DNA of 64,000 nucleotides from NCBI GenBank assembly GCA_001179505.1, contig CDMY01000456.1, forward strand, positions 248,001 to 312,000. Direction: 5' to 3'. Of this stretch, positions 11,369 to 23,819 are shown in pieces. The position numbers were made by a program, and so were the translations under genes. Source of the stretch: Vitrella brassicaformis CCMP3155. Lineage: Eukaryota; Protista; Chromerida. How positions within the stretch are numbered: the stretch's first letter is position 1; each line of letters opens with the position of its first letter. The notes under the pieces are model-generated. The model was given only the letters and a program-made list of their open reading frames with translations, did not search any database and had not been told where the DNA came from.

Positions 11369-14186
11369 TCACCGCACCACCATGGGACGAACGTTGCCAT
11401 CCGTCGACAGCACCTGTCCGGTCGCATCGGGGAAGTAGAAAGTGCCTGGCGACGTCCGGCCTGAGCGAGACAAACAAAAACACGGCAAGGCATCCCTCCC
11501 TTGTCGTCTGTCTGATTGTGCGAGTGTTTAACTCACTGACTGACTTTTGCGTTTCTTTCTCTCCAGCAGCATGAGAATGGCCTGAAATGCGTTCTCGTGC
11601 CGCCAGGAGGGACACGCAGACGATATCACCGCCTGGTGGAGGCGAACACGGACGGGCAATTGCGGAGTGAGACACACGCATATCGATTCGATGGATTGTG
11701 CGGTCTGTCGAGTGCTGACCTCATCAGGGCTGAGGGTGAGGGGCCCAGGAGGATAGACGTACCAGCAACGATGAGACACCACCTGCAGGACAGAAATTGG
11801 TGGTGAGTGCTGTCAGACCGGCTCGATGTGTGTCTGCCCGTGCCTGTCTCTCTGTGTGTGTGCTTGTGCATTTCCGCCAGCCTACCTCAATGTGGTATCG
11901 GCGAACGACATCCAGCGGCAACTGACTCAGGTAGGACCTGGTGGGAGGATGCAACAGATCCTCTTCATGCAGTGAGAGCCCCCTTTGCGCGCACCGACCA
12001 CAAGTGTGTGTTGATGCGTTTGGCAGGCCACTTGATGACAAACTTGGTCACATCGAACAGCTCCTCAAAGGGCAACTCCCACCTGCACACACAGAGAGCC
12101 ACAGGCAGCACACGAAGGCTGACAAATGAGTACACACACTCCAGTTGTGTACTTGTCAGAGAGCAGCACTGGGACGCACCCAGCGAAGAGCGCCTCGAAG
12201 AAGCGAAGCGACCACCCACTCTTGCCTGCGTGACACGATATGCGCGCATCCGTTGACGGATGCATCAATGCAGTCAATGCCATCCCGCCCATTTGCCTGC
12301 CTCTCCAGCCATTTCACCTCTTGGGACGAAGCAGAAGCGTGAATCCCCCATTGCACGGTAATGCTCCGCCTTCAAGCAGGTTGGAACCAGACACACACAG
12401 AGAGAGGGAGAGGGAGAGGGAGACCATTATGTCTGTCTGTCTGACATGCGCTGATACTTACAACTGGGGCCTGTGTGTCATCAATTCGCAGGCCGGTGAG
12501 GTTCTGCCGACCCAGCTCCACCAGCAGCTGCCGGCTGTCAATCCCGTCACCCTACACAGGCACACGCACAGACACACACGCACACACACACACGCACACA
12601 GAGGCACACTTGTGCGCAAGCTGAGGTACCTGCACACCGAGCATACCTGTTTGTGTGGCCCTCGCGAAGGGTCCACCCTCCCCATAAACACACCCAACGT
12701 CGTCCGCTTTTCGACGGGCTTCGACGCCCCAACAAGACTCAATACCTCAGACCACGGCAGATGACCTGATATCTCGGTCGATCATACATATGGCAAGAAG
12801 GGCACAACCGTCTCGCAAACCGTCTTGTTTGTTTCTCCCTTCTCCCTCCCCGGCTGTGCCGTGCCTGGTATGACGATGTCCTGCCACACGCCGTAGTGTG
12901 GCTGGGTCTGGAAGGGCATGTCGTTGAAGAGCTCTGTCTCGGGTGTGAGCTTGATGGCCTCGGGCATGCACTGCCGCCACGTGGGGAAGACCCCAGCAGA
13001 CAGACCAGATGAGAAGGAGAAGACGTGATCGCGGCCATCTGATCATGGGTTGGGGGCAGAGAGAGAAAGGGTGAGTTGTGAGGTGTTCTTGTTGTCGCTT
13101 CTTCTTATGCCTACTTGTCTGATTGAAATATGGCAGCTTCAGTATCAGCTGCCGGTAGATCCCATCCAGTTGCGATACCCTGCAAGTTTGAGAGAGAAAC
13201 CAACAAACACATGGCGTGACACTACTTTCCCCCACCTCCCATCTCCCGCCCACCTAAACACATTGCCCTCGAACAAACAGATTCCGAACGCGGGCACAAA
13301 GAAGAAATCCGCCTTAGCGGGGTCATCCGTCCGGACGTGGCTGATCCTCAGTAGCTCGGCCAGCAGCACATCCGCCCCCCACTGCCCCCTGGAACAGTAC
13401 GAATGGCCGCCGGTAAGCTGCAAAAGCTCGTCAACCTCTCGACCGTACACGTAGACGCGTAGATGGGGCTCAGAAGGAGCACCAAGTGGTAAGGATGGCT
13501 GCGACGCACGATTGCCTGACATATCTTCCTCTGCGGCTGGACACCGGCCGGCAGTGATCGCATCAAAGGGCCCTTGTCGTGGGCACATTGAGTGCATCAC
13601 GGGAGCCGTATCGTTGTCTGAAGGCTGGAGCGTGGAATGCGACAGCGACGGCCCATCCCAATAGATGGCGTCAAGGAGGCTGAGCCGCAGTGCCGTCACG
13701 TTGGCATCCGACGCGGCCCTTCCCCATGCAGACTTGTCCAGCAGCACTAAAAACCACAAGACGCGAACACACACACACAAGAAGATCCATAATCGTGCCA
13801 CATGAGCATATCCCGCCTCCCTCTCACTCACCGGGCTGGAAGTGTCCGGCGAAATAGTCCAGCAGCTGGAAGTAGACCACCGCCCTCGCCAGCCTTCCCG
13901 CCACCTCCAAGGCATACCGGGCCACAAAATACAGCAGCGCCACCAGGCCCAGCAGGCACTCGCTCCCCGCCTGGTCCAGGAACTGCCATCTCTGCTCTGA
14001 TACTGATGGATCCTCACTGCCGAATTCGACAAAGTTGTGGTAGATGGTGAAGGAGAGCGCCATGAGGTGGGCGGGCTGGTGGCCTGGGTTGAGCATGGCA
14101 TGGAAGTAGGTGGCCCAGGGGATGAGAGGGGAAGAGGAGGGGTCACGGCAGTCAGGATCTGTCCAAACTCGGTGGGAATCACCCAT
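11369..14186 (-). CDS. Exostosin-family (GT47) glycosyltransferase with long N-terminal extension
   Basis: LRVYVY, DPAKADFFFVP, GRDHVF, DIVIPGH, MGDSRFCFVPRG, RFFEALFAGCVPVLLSD, WELPFEELFD. One junction (12646/12551) is out of phase. The 3' end is approximate. Confidence 0.85.
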
Positions 14187-14388
14187 GTCAGAAGAGGTTA
14201 GCGCGGATCAGCCAGACAGGCCTGACATAAACACATCAGCCGTCACCTTCCAAGAAGGGTTTCCTTGGTTCTTTGCTGCATTCTCACGCGCGTGCACATG
14301 AGCGGCGTAAACTTTAAATCTGAGACGGCGAGCTTGGGGGCGGCTCCAGTCTTGCTGTTTCAAAAGTTGTCCTGTATCGTCGCTCATC
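14187..14388. promoter_or_regulatory. Putative bidirectional promoter (exostosin / Trk)
   Basis: 202 bp between divergent ATGs. No specific motif identified. Confidence 0.5.
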
Positions 14389-15731
14389 ATGGCTTTTGGG
14401 TTGATTCGTCTCGGCCATCATGTCAACTTTCTGCAGCTCCACTTCATCTACTTCTTCGGTCAGGCAGCGGAAAGAGCAACCGACACGTATCATCACACAC
14501 ACGTCAACAATGCGCCTGTGCCGCACCAGGTTTGGCCCTCGTCGCTTCCTTGGTCCTGCTGCAGACAGAGCATCATGATGCCTACACCAACCTGCATATG
14601 TTTCATCCCGAGGGCTTGCACAGGCTGAATTGGGTGGACTCGTTCTTCCTCTGCGTGGCGGCCGTCTCCCTCACCGGCTGGAGCGTCGTCCCCTTCGAGA
14701 AGGTCAGCACCGTGGGCCAAGTGATCATCTTGCTGCTATTTTGCAATGGTGGGCACGTCTTGATGGCCCTGGTCATGGTCAAGCTGCGCCGCATGTGATT
14801 CCGCCTCTCACACGCCGCTGAAGAGCTGACTCTACGCCGAAGGCTGCAGTTCTGGCGGCCCATCAAGGTGCAGGCCTCGCCGTATGTGTCGCCCGAACAG
14901 GCAGCGGAGCAGCTCATCGAGTACCGGGCCTTGGGCCACCTCGACGGCATCATGACGGTCATCCTGGTCTCCTTCGTGGTCACGGGGGCGGTGCTCATCT
15001 ACGTGGCGGCCGGCAACGTAGTCAACACAGCCAATGACAGGCAGGAGCCACTGGGTGTTTACAGCAAGGCGTACTTCTCTGTCTTCACCTGCCTGTCGGC
15101 CTTCACGAATGCGGGCATCTCGCTGCTCGGCCAGGGCATGGTGCCTTTTATGAAGAGTCGGCTGATGATCACCGTCCTCTGCGTGCTCATGGCATGTGGT
15201 GCGAAGGAAGCACGGATGGAAGGGAGACAAGGGCAAGAAGAGCTCCGTGTGCAGTGCAGTGCGCGCACGCCTCCTCCTTGTATGCGATGCGATGCAGGCA
15301 ACACGTGCTTCCCCTTCGTCTTGTGGGCGTCAGTCCGGCTGTCGCACTATCTAGCGCGCGACCCCAACCGTCGTGCGGAGCTCGAGTGGCTGTCCTCACA
15401 TCCCCGGCGGTGCACCACCCACCTTTTCCCCAACTATGAGACGGCCATGCTGCTGCTGTGCTGGGTGGTCATGACCAGCTTCCAGTTCCTCATCCTGGTG
15501 CTCGACTTTCCCTGGAACAAAACCGATGCCGACACGTCCGCCGCTGGGGTGCACGGAATCATCGATCAGCTAATCTTCTCGACAATCGCGTACGTGTTCA
15601 CATCTAAACAGACAGACAGATACGGAAAGACAAACCCATTCAGACACACACTTGGTTGGTTGGTTGCCACCCACTCCACTTGTCCTCGCCTCCCTCTCTC
15701 ACTCCCTCCCTCCCTCTCTCACTCCCTCCCT

Positions 15732-15762
<31 letters not shown>

Positions 15763-17088
15763 GGATTTATGATTGCAATGCGGTGCAGGACTCGAACGGC
15801 GGCGTTCTCGATATGGGCCGTGGCGGGCCTGAGCGCGCCGGGTCTCACCATCCTCCTCGTCTACATGTTCGTCGGCGTCTACCCGCAGGAGATGGCACTG
15901 CTCGGATCGGCCAAATTCAAAGTCGCCGAGCAAGAGGGAGGACTTCCAGCCATCGTCCGCAAGGACACCTCCCGCATGTCGGCCATGTCCGTCAGCACGC
16001 CCGCAAGCGCAGCCGTGTCATCGCCCAAGAAGGGCAGGCTGGCCAGCATACGAGAGGAGGAGGAACCCTTGCTTCAGACGGCCGGTGTTGGTCAGGAGGA
16101 AGAGAGGGAGGGTGTGGGCGAGGGGTATGGTGAGCAACCCGAGTGTGTGCTGGACGTGGCCGGGGAACACCCCCTGGTGTTTCACTACCAGGTGGTCAAG
16201 GCCAGCGATATGGCGTACGGGCGGCTGGGGGCCAGAGGGGAGTGGCAGACGGTGAGCAACATGGCGGCAAACCTCAAGGCCGTGTGCCTCAAGGACTCCT
16301 TCATCATCTACTTCGCCTTCCTCCTCATCGGCATCATCGAGTACGACAACCTGACCTACTACGACCTCTTCCCCGTCTTCTTCGAAATCATCTCCGCCTA
16401 CGGCACCGTCGGCTTCTCGCTCCCAGACTCCGACTCGACCACCATCCTCTCGGGCGGCTTCTCCAGCGCCTCCAAACTGGTCATCTGCTTCATCATGCTC
16501 CTCGGTAGACACCGCGGCCTCCCACACTACCTGGACGCCTCCGTCACATCCATCAACCAATTCGCACCCCACGGCACAAGAAAGAGAAGATTCGCTCGCC
16601 TGTCGATCCCCTCACTCCCCTCACTCAGCGTGTCTCGGCCATCCGAGGATACATTTCCACCCACACTGGTCCCCCCAACCACCCCCAAGGTGAGCCGAGC
16701 GGCGACTCGGATCACCTTCGCCATCCCCTCTGCCGAAGAATCAGAGGCAGCGGCAGAGGCCGAGTCGGTGGACGTCGCTGCGACGCGGACCCCCTCGGTT
16801 GCGAGGCGGCACATGACGGTAACAGCGCAGCTGCGGCAGGACATAAGTCGGTTTTTCGCCGGTCTGCGTGTCCACGGCACGCCCATGCCCATGGAGCCCG
16901 GCGGCTTCGACGAGGCCGATGAGGAAGAGGAGACCAGCGAGGGAGACATGACCACCAGACATGGGGGTGTCTCGGGCCGGCATGCAGAGGTGTCGGAGAG
17001 GACGCCCCTGCTGCTGCCACCGCTGCCAAAGTCCGGCCTGGCAAGATCTGCAACCGCACCCTTGCACCAGCAGGCAGGCAGGAGATGA
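14389..17088 (+). CDS. Trk/HKT/KtrB-family cation transporter
   Basis: Four pore loops (AAVSLTGW, SAFTNAGI, TRTAAF, SAYGTVGFS) plus LLGRHRGLP. There is an in-frame TGA at 14796-14798. Confidence 0.9.
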
Positions 17089-17712
17089 ATTATGGTCTGA
17101 AGGGCGAAAAGTGAGACGTACGTACAGCCTGACTGACTTGTGCGGATGGATGTCCTATGGTGGATGGATGGATGGATGGTGCATGATGCGATACCCACTG
17201 ATGGCTCGTCAGCCGGAAAGGTTTTGACTCATTTCTTGCTTGTTGCTGATGTGAAGGAGTGAGACCCCCATGTCCCAGGCGATTTGACATTCAATGCATT
17301 CTAATCCATCAAGTCAATCAAGGGGCTGCCCTGCCCACCTCCCCGCCCGCCATCAAGATCGGCCGCGAATGGCAGGGCAGGGCAGGCACCATAAATATAG
17401 ATTGTGCACACACAGGCGACATGCTATGAAAGGAGAAGAGAAGAAGAAAAAAAGAGAGAGTCAAAAAGAGAGAGCACCTCCCTCACACACTGGCGTCGGT
17501 CGCCATGAATGAACCCATCGATCTTCCATGCCATGCCATGCGACGCATAAATGCAGGCAGGCACACAACACATGACATGGACGGACACTTACACATCTCC
17601 CCTCCCCTCCACTCGCCTACTACCCGGCCGTGGCCATCTTACTCGGACGCACTATCCACAAACACAGAGAGAGAGAGACCGCATTCGGATGACCCACCAC
17701 AGCACAGATCAG

Positions 17713-20700
17713 TCAGAATTGGCAAAATTTGTCCACTCGCTGGACCAGGTCCCGGATGTAGCTCTCGTCGATGCCGCCCGTCCCGTTGACCTGGTGGTCC
17801 AGCCGCTGACGCACCCCGGCACCGCCAGCACTCGGGTCGTTGCACACCGTCTCAACCACCGGCGACATCGACATCATCAGCCCAGGCTTGTGGCCGACGT
17901 GGCGGGGGTCTGACGAGCCGGCGGGGCCGTCGAGGGGCGATAGCATCTCCCTCTCGGTGTACCTGTACTGTTGCTGCTGCTGTCTCATGTGGGCGGTGCG
18001 TGCGTGCGAGGTGAGCAGGGGTCGCTCGGGCGAGGGAAGGGTCATGGGTAGGGGCTCGGGCGTCCCGTTGTAGACGTTGGAGTAGTGCTCTACCGCCGAC
18101 TCGACGCGCGGGAACAGCTGACATATATCCACACGACACGGAGGACACCCATGCCATGTGGCTGAGAGAGTGTGTATGTGTGTGTCAGTCAGGTCAGTCA
18201 GGGAGTGTGTGTGAGGGTACATCACCTCTTGAGGTGCGTTCTTTGCGACGAGGAAGTCGAGATGCTCGTACTTGGGTATGGCCTGGAAGACACAGCGGGG
18301 CACCTGCAGCAGCAGCCACTGGTTGTCCGACAACCTGACACACACACAGACAGATCAATCAGCACACATCACATGCCATGCCGGCTGAGCGATCCGTGCG
18401 GAGGGGTGCGGCCATGGCCATCCCTTCCTTCCCTTCCCACGCACATGTCGTTTTGTCCGCAGATGAGGACCACAGGGCAGGTGACTCTGCTGACATTGTA
18501 CTTGGGTATTTCCACGTCGGCCGGCCCCCCCACGCCCGTCGCGTCATCGTAATGCTCAAACTCCCCAGAACTGAAAGAACCAACAATGACACGAATGACA
18601 CACAGCATAGGTGTCGGTCGTGTCAGCCACCGTACAGTGCACATCACATCCGCGCAGGCAGGAAGGCCTGCCTTCTCAAGTCAATTCAGCTACCCGAGTA
18701 GCTGGAACCAGTGTCTGGCGACCTTGACGGATGTGGCCGAGTACAGGTGGAAGTAAAAGACCTGCTTAGCCCACGCTCTGCATGAGCAGACAGACAGACA
18801 GGAGACAGACGTCATGGAGGGACGTGTCTGCTTGGAGTCCTTCGCACGCCCACTCACTCACTCAGTCACTGACTCACTCTGCGAGTTTGACGTGCCAGTT
18901 GAAGAGGAGGTCCAGCGACAAATCAATCACGCGCACAAAGATACCCCTGCACACACCCACACAGACAATCGACGTCTGTCTGTCTGTCTGTCAGGTTAGT
19001 TGGTTGTCGGACCCACTACCGTGCGAGCATTCTTTTCCACACATCAGTGGTGGAGAGCATGGCCTTCTTGCCAAAGACGAGGAAGAAGGCGCGCTTGCTG
19101 AAGGTCAGCAGCGGGTACACCAGTGCGATGTGGCTGCCCTCCTTAGTCGACAAAGCTGATGATGATCGCCACACAAAACCGCACACACCACCACACGCTC
19201 ACATGACATGAGAGCACCCCACCCACCCAATGATGGACGGAATGCCATCTGTGGTGGTCCCATATATCTCCATCTGTCTGTCTGTGAGTCTTTGTCACCA
19301 CTCACTTTTCAGCCGGCAAGCGGGGGCGAGTGCGATGAAGGTGGCAATGCGCCGGTTGAGGGCCGGCTGAGTCGACAGAGCTGCACACAACACACATCGA
19401 TGACACAAATGAAATAAATGAGCGGCAAGGCACATGGGCATCTGACTGACAGGAGCATCACATCCGTCAATGAGAGAAGTGATGTACCTACCTGCGAACA
19501 TCTGTGCGGTGCCGTTGGAGAAGCCCACGTAAATGCACTGGGTTGCGCGCGTCTCACGCAACACCAGCTGCATGCACCACACCACACCACACCACACCAC
19601 ACCAGCACACACAGACACCCAGACAGACAGACAGACAGTCACACACACAGACGGATGCGATGCGATCCGATGCGATGCCTTTTCGTTCCTTCCTGTGTGT
19701 CCTTCCCTTCCTTGCTCACGTCAACACAAGTCGGGACGTCATAGCGCGCCAGCTCGTCAATCGAAAAGTCCCAGTAGCTGCACACAACACAACACAATCA
19801 CACAAACACAGACATGACGTCATGTCATCTATCTCATGTCATGGATCGATCGGTGCCACGGTGGCTGTGGTGTGGGTGGGGGAGTGAGTCGGCGGCTGGG
19901 TCCCGTCCGTTTCTCATCTCACTTACTGTTTGTCGTCCCTCTTGAAGAATCTGTGTTTCCAGCTGTACTTGTTGCCACGATTGTTCGCCAGCCACACGTC
20001 ATACCTACACACACACATACACACACATACACACACACACACACGAGCAGACACACACGAGACAGCACGTGCCATGCCGTGGTGTGGTGTGGTGTGGTGT
20101 GCCTTGGCTTGCTTTGATATATACCATACATACATACCCCTTTCTAGCGAGGTAGATGGGCAGTGAGATCTCCTTGTTGCACACCCAGCACTCGTCAGAC
20201 ATCATCAGGCCGTGCATGAACAGCAGCGGCAATCCACCATCGCCACCCCGCCGACGCGACACCAGGCTGTCACTCTCCGTCGTCACGTTAGTCACGGCGG
20301 CCGTCCCGGGCCCCAGCAGGTCGGCAAACGGGTCTGTGCGCGACGGCAGCGACGTCGAACGAGATGAGCCCCACCCTACAGGCAAGGCATCAGTCAACCA
20401 GCGTCGGGTCGTCCTCCCTGTGTGCGCGCGCGCGTGTGTCTGTTTCTATCCACCGGGCTGCAGGCCGTGCATGTTTGTGTTGGTGGGCGTGTTGATGCCC
20501 TGGTTGGGTGGGACGATCCTGTGCAGCACCAGCACGAAGCCGTCAGGGGTCTCTGCGAAGTGATCCTCGACGTTGAGGCCGGCGTCCTCGAGCAGCTCGA
20601 CCGTCGAGGACGACAGCTGCGGCTGACGGGGGCCCTCCAGACGCTTCGAGAACAACATGCTCACGCCACTGAGAGGGAGAGAGAGCGGAGGAGAGAGCGA

Positions 20701-21087
20701 ATGGGATATATGGGATGCCGTGGGTGTGTTTCTATGTGTGGGGGTACATGTGTGTGTGTGTGTACCTGACGGACTGGTCGTATAGGATGTCAAGCAGCCT
20801 TCTGAAGGGAAACAGCTTGTAGAACGTCAGAACCAACGTGCGCACCACAAACTCTGACAGAGAGAGAAACCACACAGACACACATCTCGCTTATCGGTCC
20901 AGATGCATTCACTCTCTCTCAGCTCATCTTCTGACTGACCGAATGAGAGCAGACAGAAGATGATGGCCACCTTGACGGTTTCGAAGGAGAAAATGTACCT
21001 CACGTGCTGCAGGGCGTTCGCCCGCACAGGGGAACGCACCATCACCTTCGGACTCGTCACAGGACTCATCGCCGCACGCCCATTCAT
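17713..21087 (-). CDS. Acid lipase / sterol esterase (AB-hydrolase lipase) with N-terminal TM anchor
   Basis: TPDGFVLVLHRI, PLLFMHGL, GYDVWLANNRGNKYS, WDFSIDELARYDVP, nucleophile GFSNG, GQND, YEHLDF. All junctions are in phase. Confidence 0.9.
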
Positions 21088-21347
21088 CGCTTCTTGCTCT
21101 CCTTTTTCTCCGGGTCTGCGAGCTATGGTGACCAAGCACTTCTAAGCTCGCAAACGTGTCAAAGGATCGCGACACGTGTGAAAAACGCCGAGCACTTGAT
21201 CCGTTTCGGCGCTTGCCTCCTCTCGTCGCAGATCTCCCTCTCAGCAAGTGACAAGCGCTTTTCGACCCATCTTCATCTTTGTGTCATCGAAGAAGCGTCA
21301 GCCTCGAGCTCCTCCCGATCTGTCTTTCTGTCCGCCAGTCTCTCAAG
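21088..21347. promoter_or_regulatory. Putative bidirectional promoter (lipase / calreticulin)
   Basis: 260 bp between divergent ATGs. Confidence 0.5.
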
Positions 21348-23819
21348 ATGCGTCGGAGCGCACGCGTGACGGTGACGGCCTTGAGTGTGCTGTGCCTGCT
21401 GGCTGGCGAGGCGGCCGCCAAGGTGTACCTGCACGAGACCTTTGACGATGACTCGTGGGAGCAGCGGTGGGTTCTCGCCAAGTGGAAGGAGGGAGAAGGT
21501 GAGGCAGCCAGCTGGCGAGACACTTGCTGAGCTGAGACGGGGATTTGGAGAGAGGGAGGGAGGGAGGGAGGGAGACGGCCGGGCAGCCAGTTAGTTTGGT
21601 GCTTTTGCCGCGCGTCTGTCTGTCTCCGTCTCCACCGCAACAGGTCCCCATCTCTCTGTGTTGGTTTGTGCGCGTGTGCGTGTGCGTCCGTCAGGTCTTG
21701 CCGGTAAGTTCGAGCTGTCTCACGGCAAGTTCTTCAACGACGAGAAGGCCGACATGGGTAAGAGACCACACCACACCACACCACACCACACACCGCATTC
21801 CACCCATCCCCTTGTGTGTGGCTCGCCTCTGCATCACCCGCAGGTCTGAAGACGACTCAGGACGCCAAGTTCTACACGGCCTCGACGTCATTCGACGGTT
21901 TGTCGAACAAGGACAAGACTTTGGTGCTGCAGTTCCAGGTCAAGAACGAGCAGAACATCGAGTGCGGCGGCAGCTACCTCAAATTCGGCCCAAAGATCGA
22001 CGACCCAAAGGAGTTCAAGGGAGAGACACAATACTCAGTCATGTTCGGTAAGCCAGCCAGGCGGAGAGGGAGGGACGGCATGTGCGCAATGTGTGTGTGT
22101 GTGTGGTGGTGTGCAGGGCCTGATATGTGTGGCTCTGCGACACGCAAAGTGAGTGAGAGGCACACACCACACCACACGAGAGAGACGAAGGAGTGCTGGG
22201 ATACACACAGACCGGTGGGAATGTGTTGTGTTTGTTGTGGTGTGTTGTGGTGTGGTGTGTGTTGTGTGTCAGACTCATTTGATCTTCAACTACAAGGGCA
22301 AGAACCTCGACCGCAAGAAGGACATCGAAGTCAAAAACGACAACCTCTCTCACCTCTACACACTCGTCCTCAGGGTAAGTGAGTGAGGGGGCCCACACAC
22401 ACACACACACACACACCTGACAGGCCACACCCAAGGCACACACCCCTCTGTGTGTGTGTGTGTGTGTGTTCAGCCAAACAACACATACGAGGTGCAGATC
22501 GACCAGAAGACGGTGGCCGACGGCAGCTTGTACGACGACTGGAACTTCCTGCCGCCCAAGCAGATCAAGGACCCCAGCCAGTCAAAGCCAAAGGACTGGG
22601 TCGACGCAAAGGAGATCGACGACCCCGAAGACAAGAAACCCGGTATGTCATGCCCATCTCTGTCTTGTCTGTCTGTGCTGTGCTCTGTCATGATATCATA
22701 GCGATGCGATGTGTGTGTGTCGGTGGGTAATCAGAGAGTTGGGTGGAGGAGAAGCAGATCCCTGACCCCAATGCGTCCAAGCCCGACGACTGGGACGAGG
22801 AGGAGGACGGCGAGTGGACACCGCCCATGATCGACAACCCCGACTACAAGGGAGAGTGGAAGGTACACTACACTACAGACGACACACACAACACAGCACA
22901 ACACAACACAGCCCAGCCCAGCCCAAAACACAACAATCTCTCACCCCTCCACCCCTCCACCTTGGCTGGATTATTTGATGAATCAGGCGAAGCGCATCCC
23001 CAACCCCGACTACAAGGGCGAGTGGGTGCATCCCATGATCGACAACCCAGACTACTTCGACGACCCCGCCGTCTACGCCTATTCCGACATCTCTATGGTA
23101 CCTGACCTGATAAGAGCAGAGCCGTGGGCTGATCTGTTCAGCACAGCACAGCACGCTCACGAGTGTCTGTCTGTGCGTGTGTGTGTGTGTGTGGTTTTGC
23201 AGGTGGGCATTGACCTGTGGCAAGTCAAGGCGGGCACCATCTTTGACAACATCGTCGTCTGCGACAGCGAAGAAGAGGCCAAGGTCCGTCAGTCACAGAC
23301 CCACAGCACCCCACCCCACCCGCGCCGCAACTGCCACACCCACCCTCATTTCGTCGTGTCTGTGGTGTCTGTCAGGCGGTCGCTGACAAGTATTTCGTCC
23401 CACTGCGCGACGCCGAGAAGAAGCTGAAGGAGGAAGAGGTAAACAAGCGACTGACTGACCACACTACCACACCACACTGCACCACAGCGGTGACACACTC
23501 CGCCCATCCAATCTACTGTGTTGGTTTCCTGTCCCGCCCCTATTTATCAGGACAAAAAGAAGGCAGAGGAGGAGGAGGCCCGCAGGAAGGAGGAGGAGGC
23601 CAAGGAGAAGGAGGAAGATGACGAGGAGGAAGACGAGGAAGACGAAGACGAGGAAGCGCCGGAGGTACGCACACACGCACACCAACGCTTACCCCTGCAC
23701 ACTCTCCCTCACTCACACAACGGTCGGACACCTGACCTGGTATGGCGGTGTTTGGTGTGTTTTGTTGTGTGGTGTGCCATCAGGAGGATGAGGGCGGTGC
23801 GGAGCACGACGAGCTCTAG
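21348..23819 (+). CDS. CRT: Calreticulin
   Basis: Signal peptide, [38 protein letters not shown]-domain repeats ([20 protein letters not shown]), [15 protein letters not shown], acidic tail and HDEL*. Confidence 0.97.
22375..22473 (+). repeat. Representative intron with 5' (CA)n and 3' (TG)n microsatellites
   Basis: (CA)n at about 22394-22416 and (TG)n at about 22449-22468. The same polarity recurs in many introns on both strands. Confidence 0.9.

Noticed and set aside
14796-14798. Selenocysteine reading of the Trk TGA
   Set aside because: The position aligns with Trp rather than a catalytic Cys, the family has no known selenoproteins, and I could not identify a SECIS.
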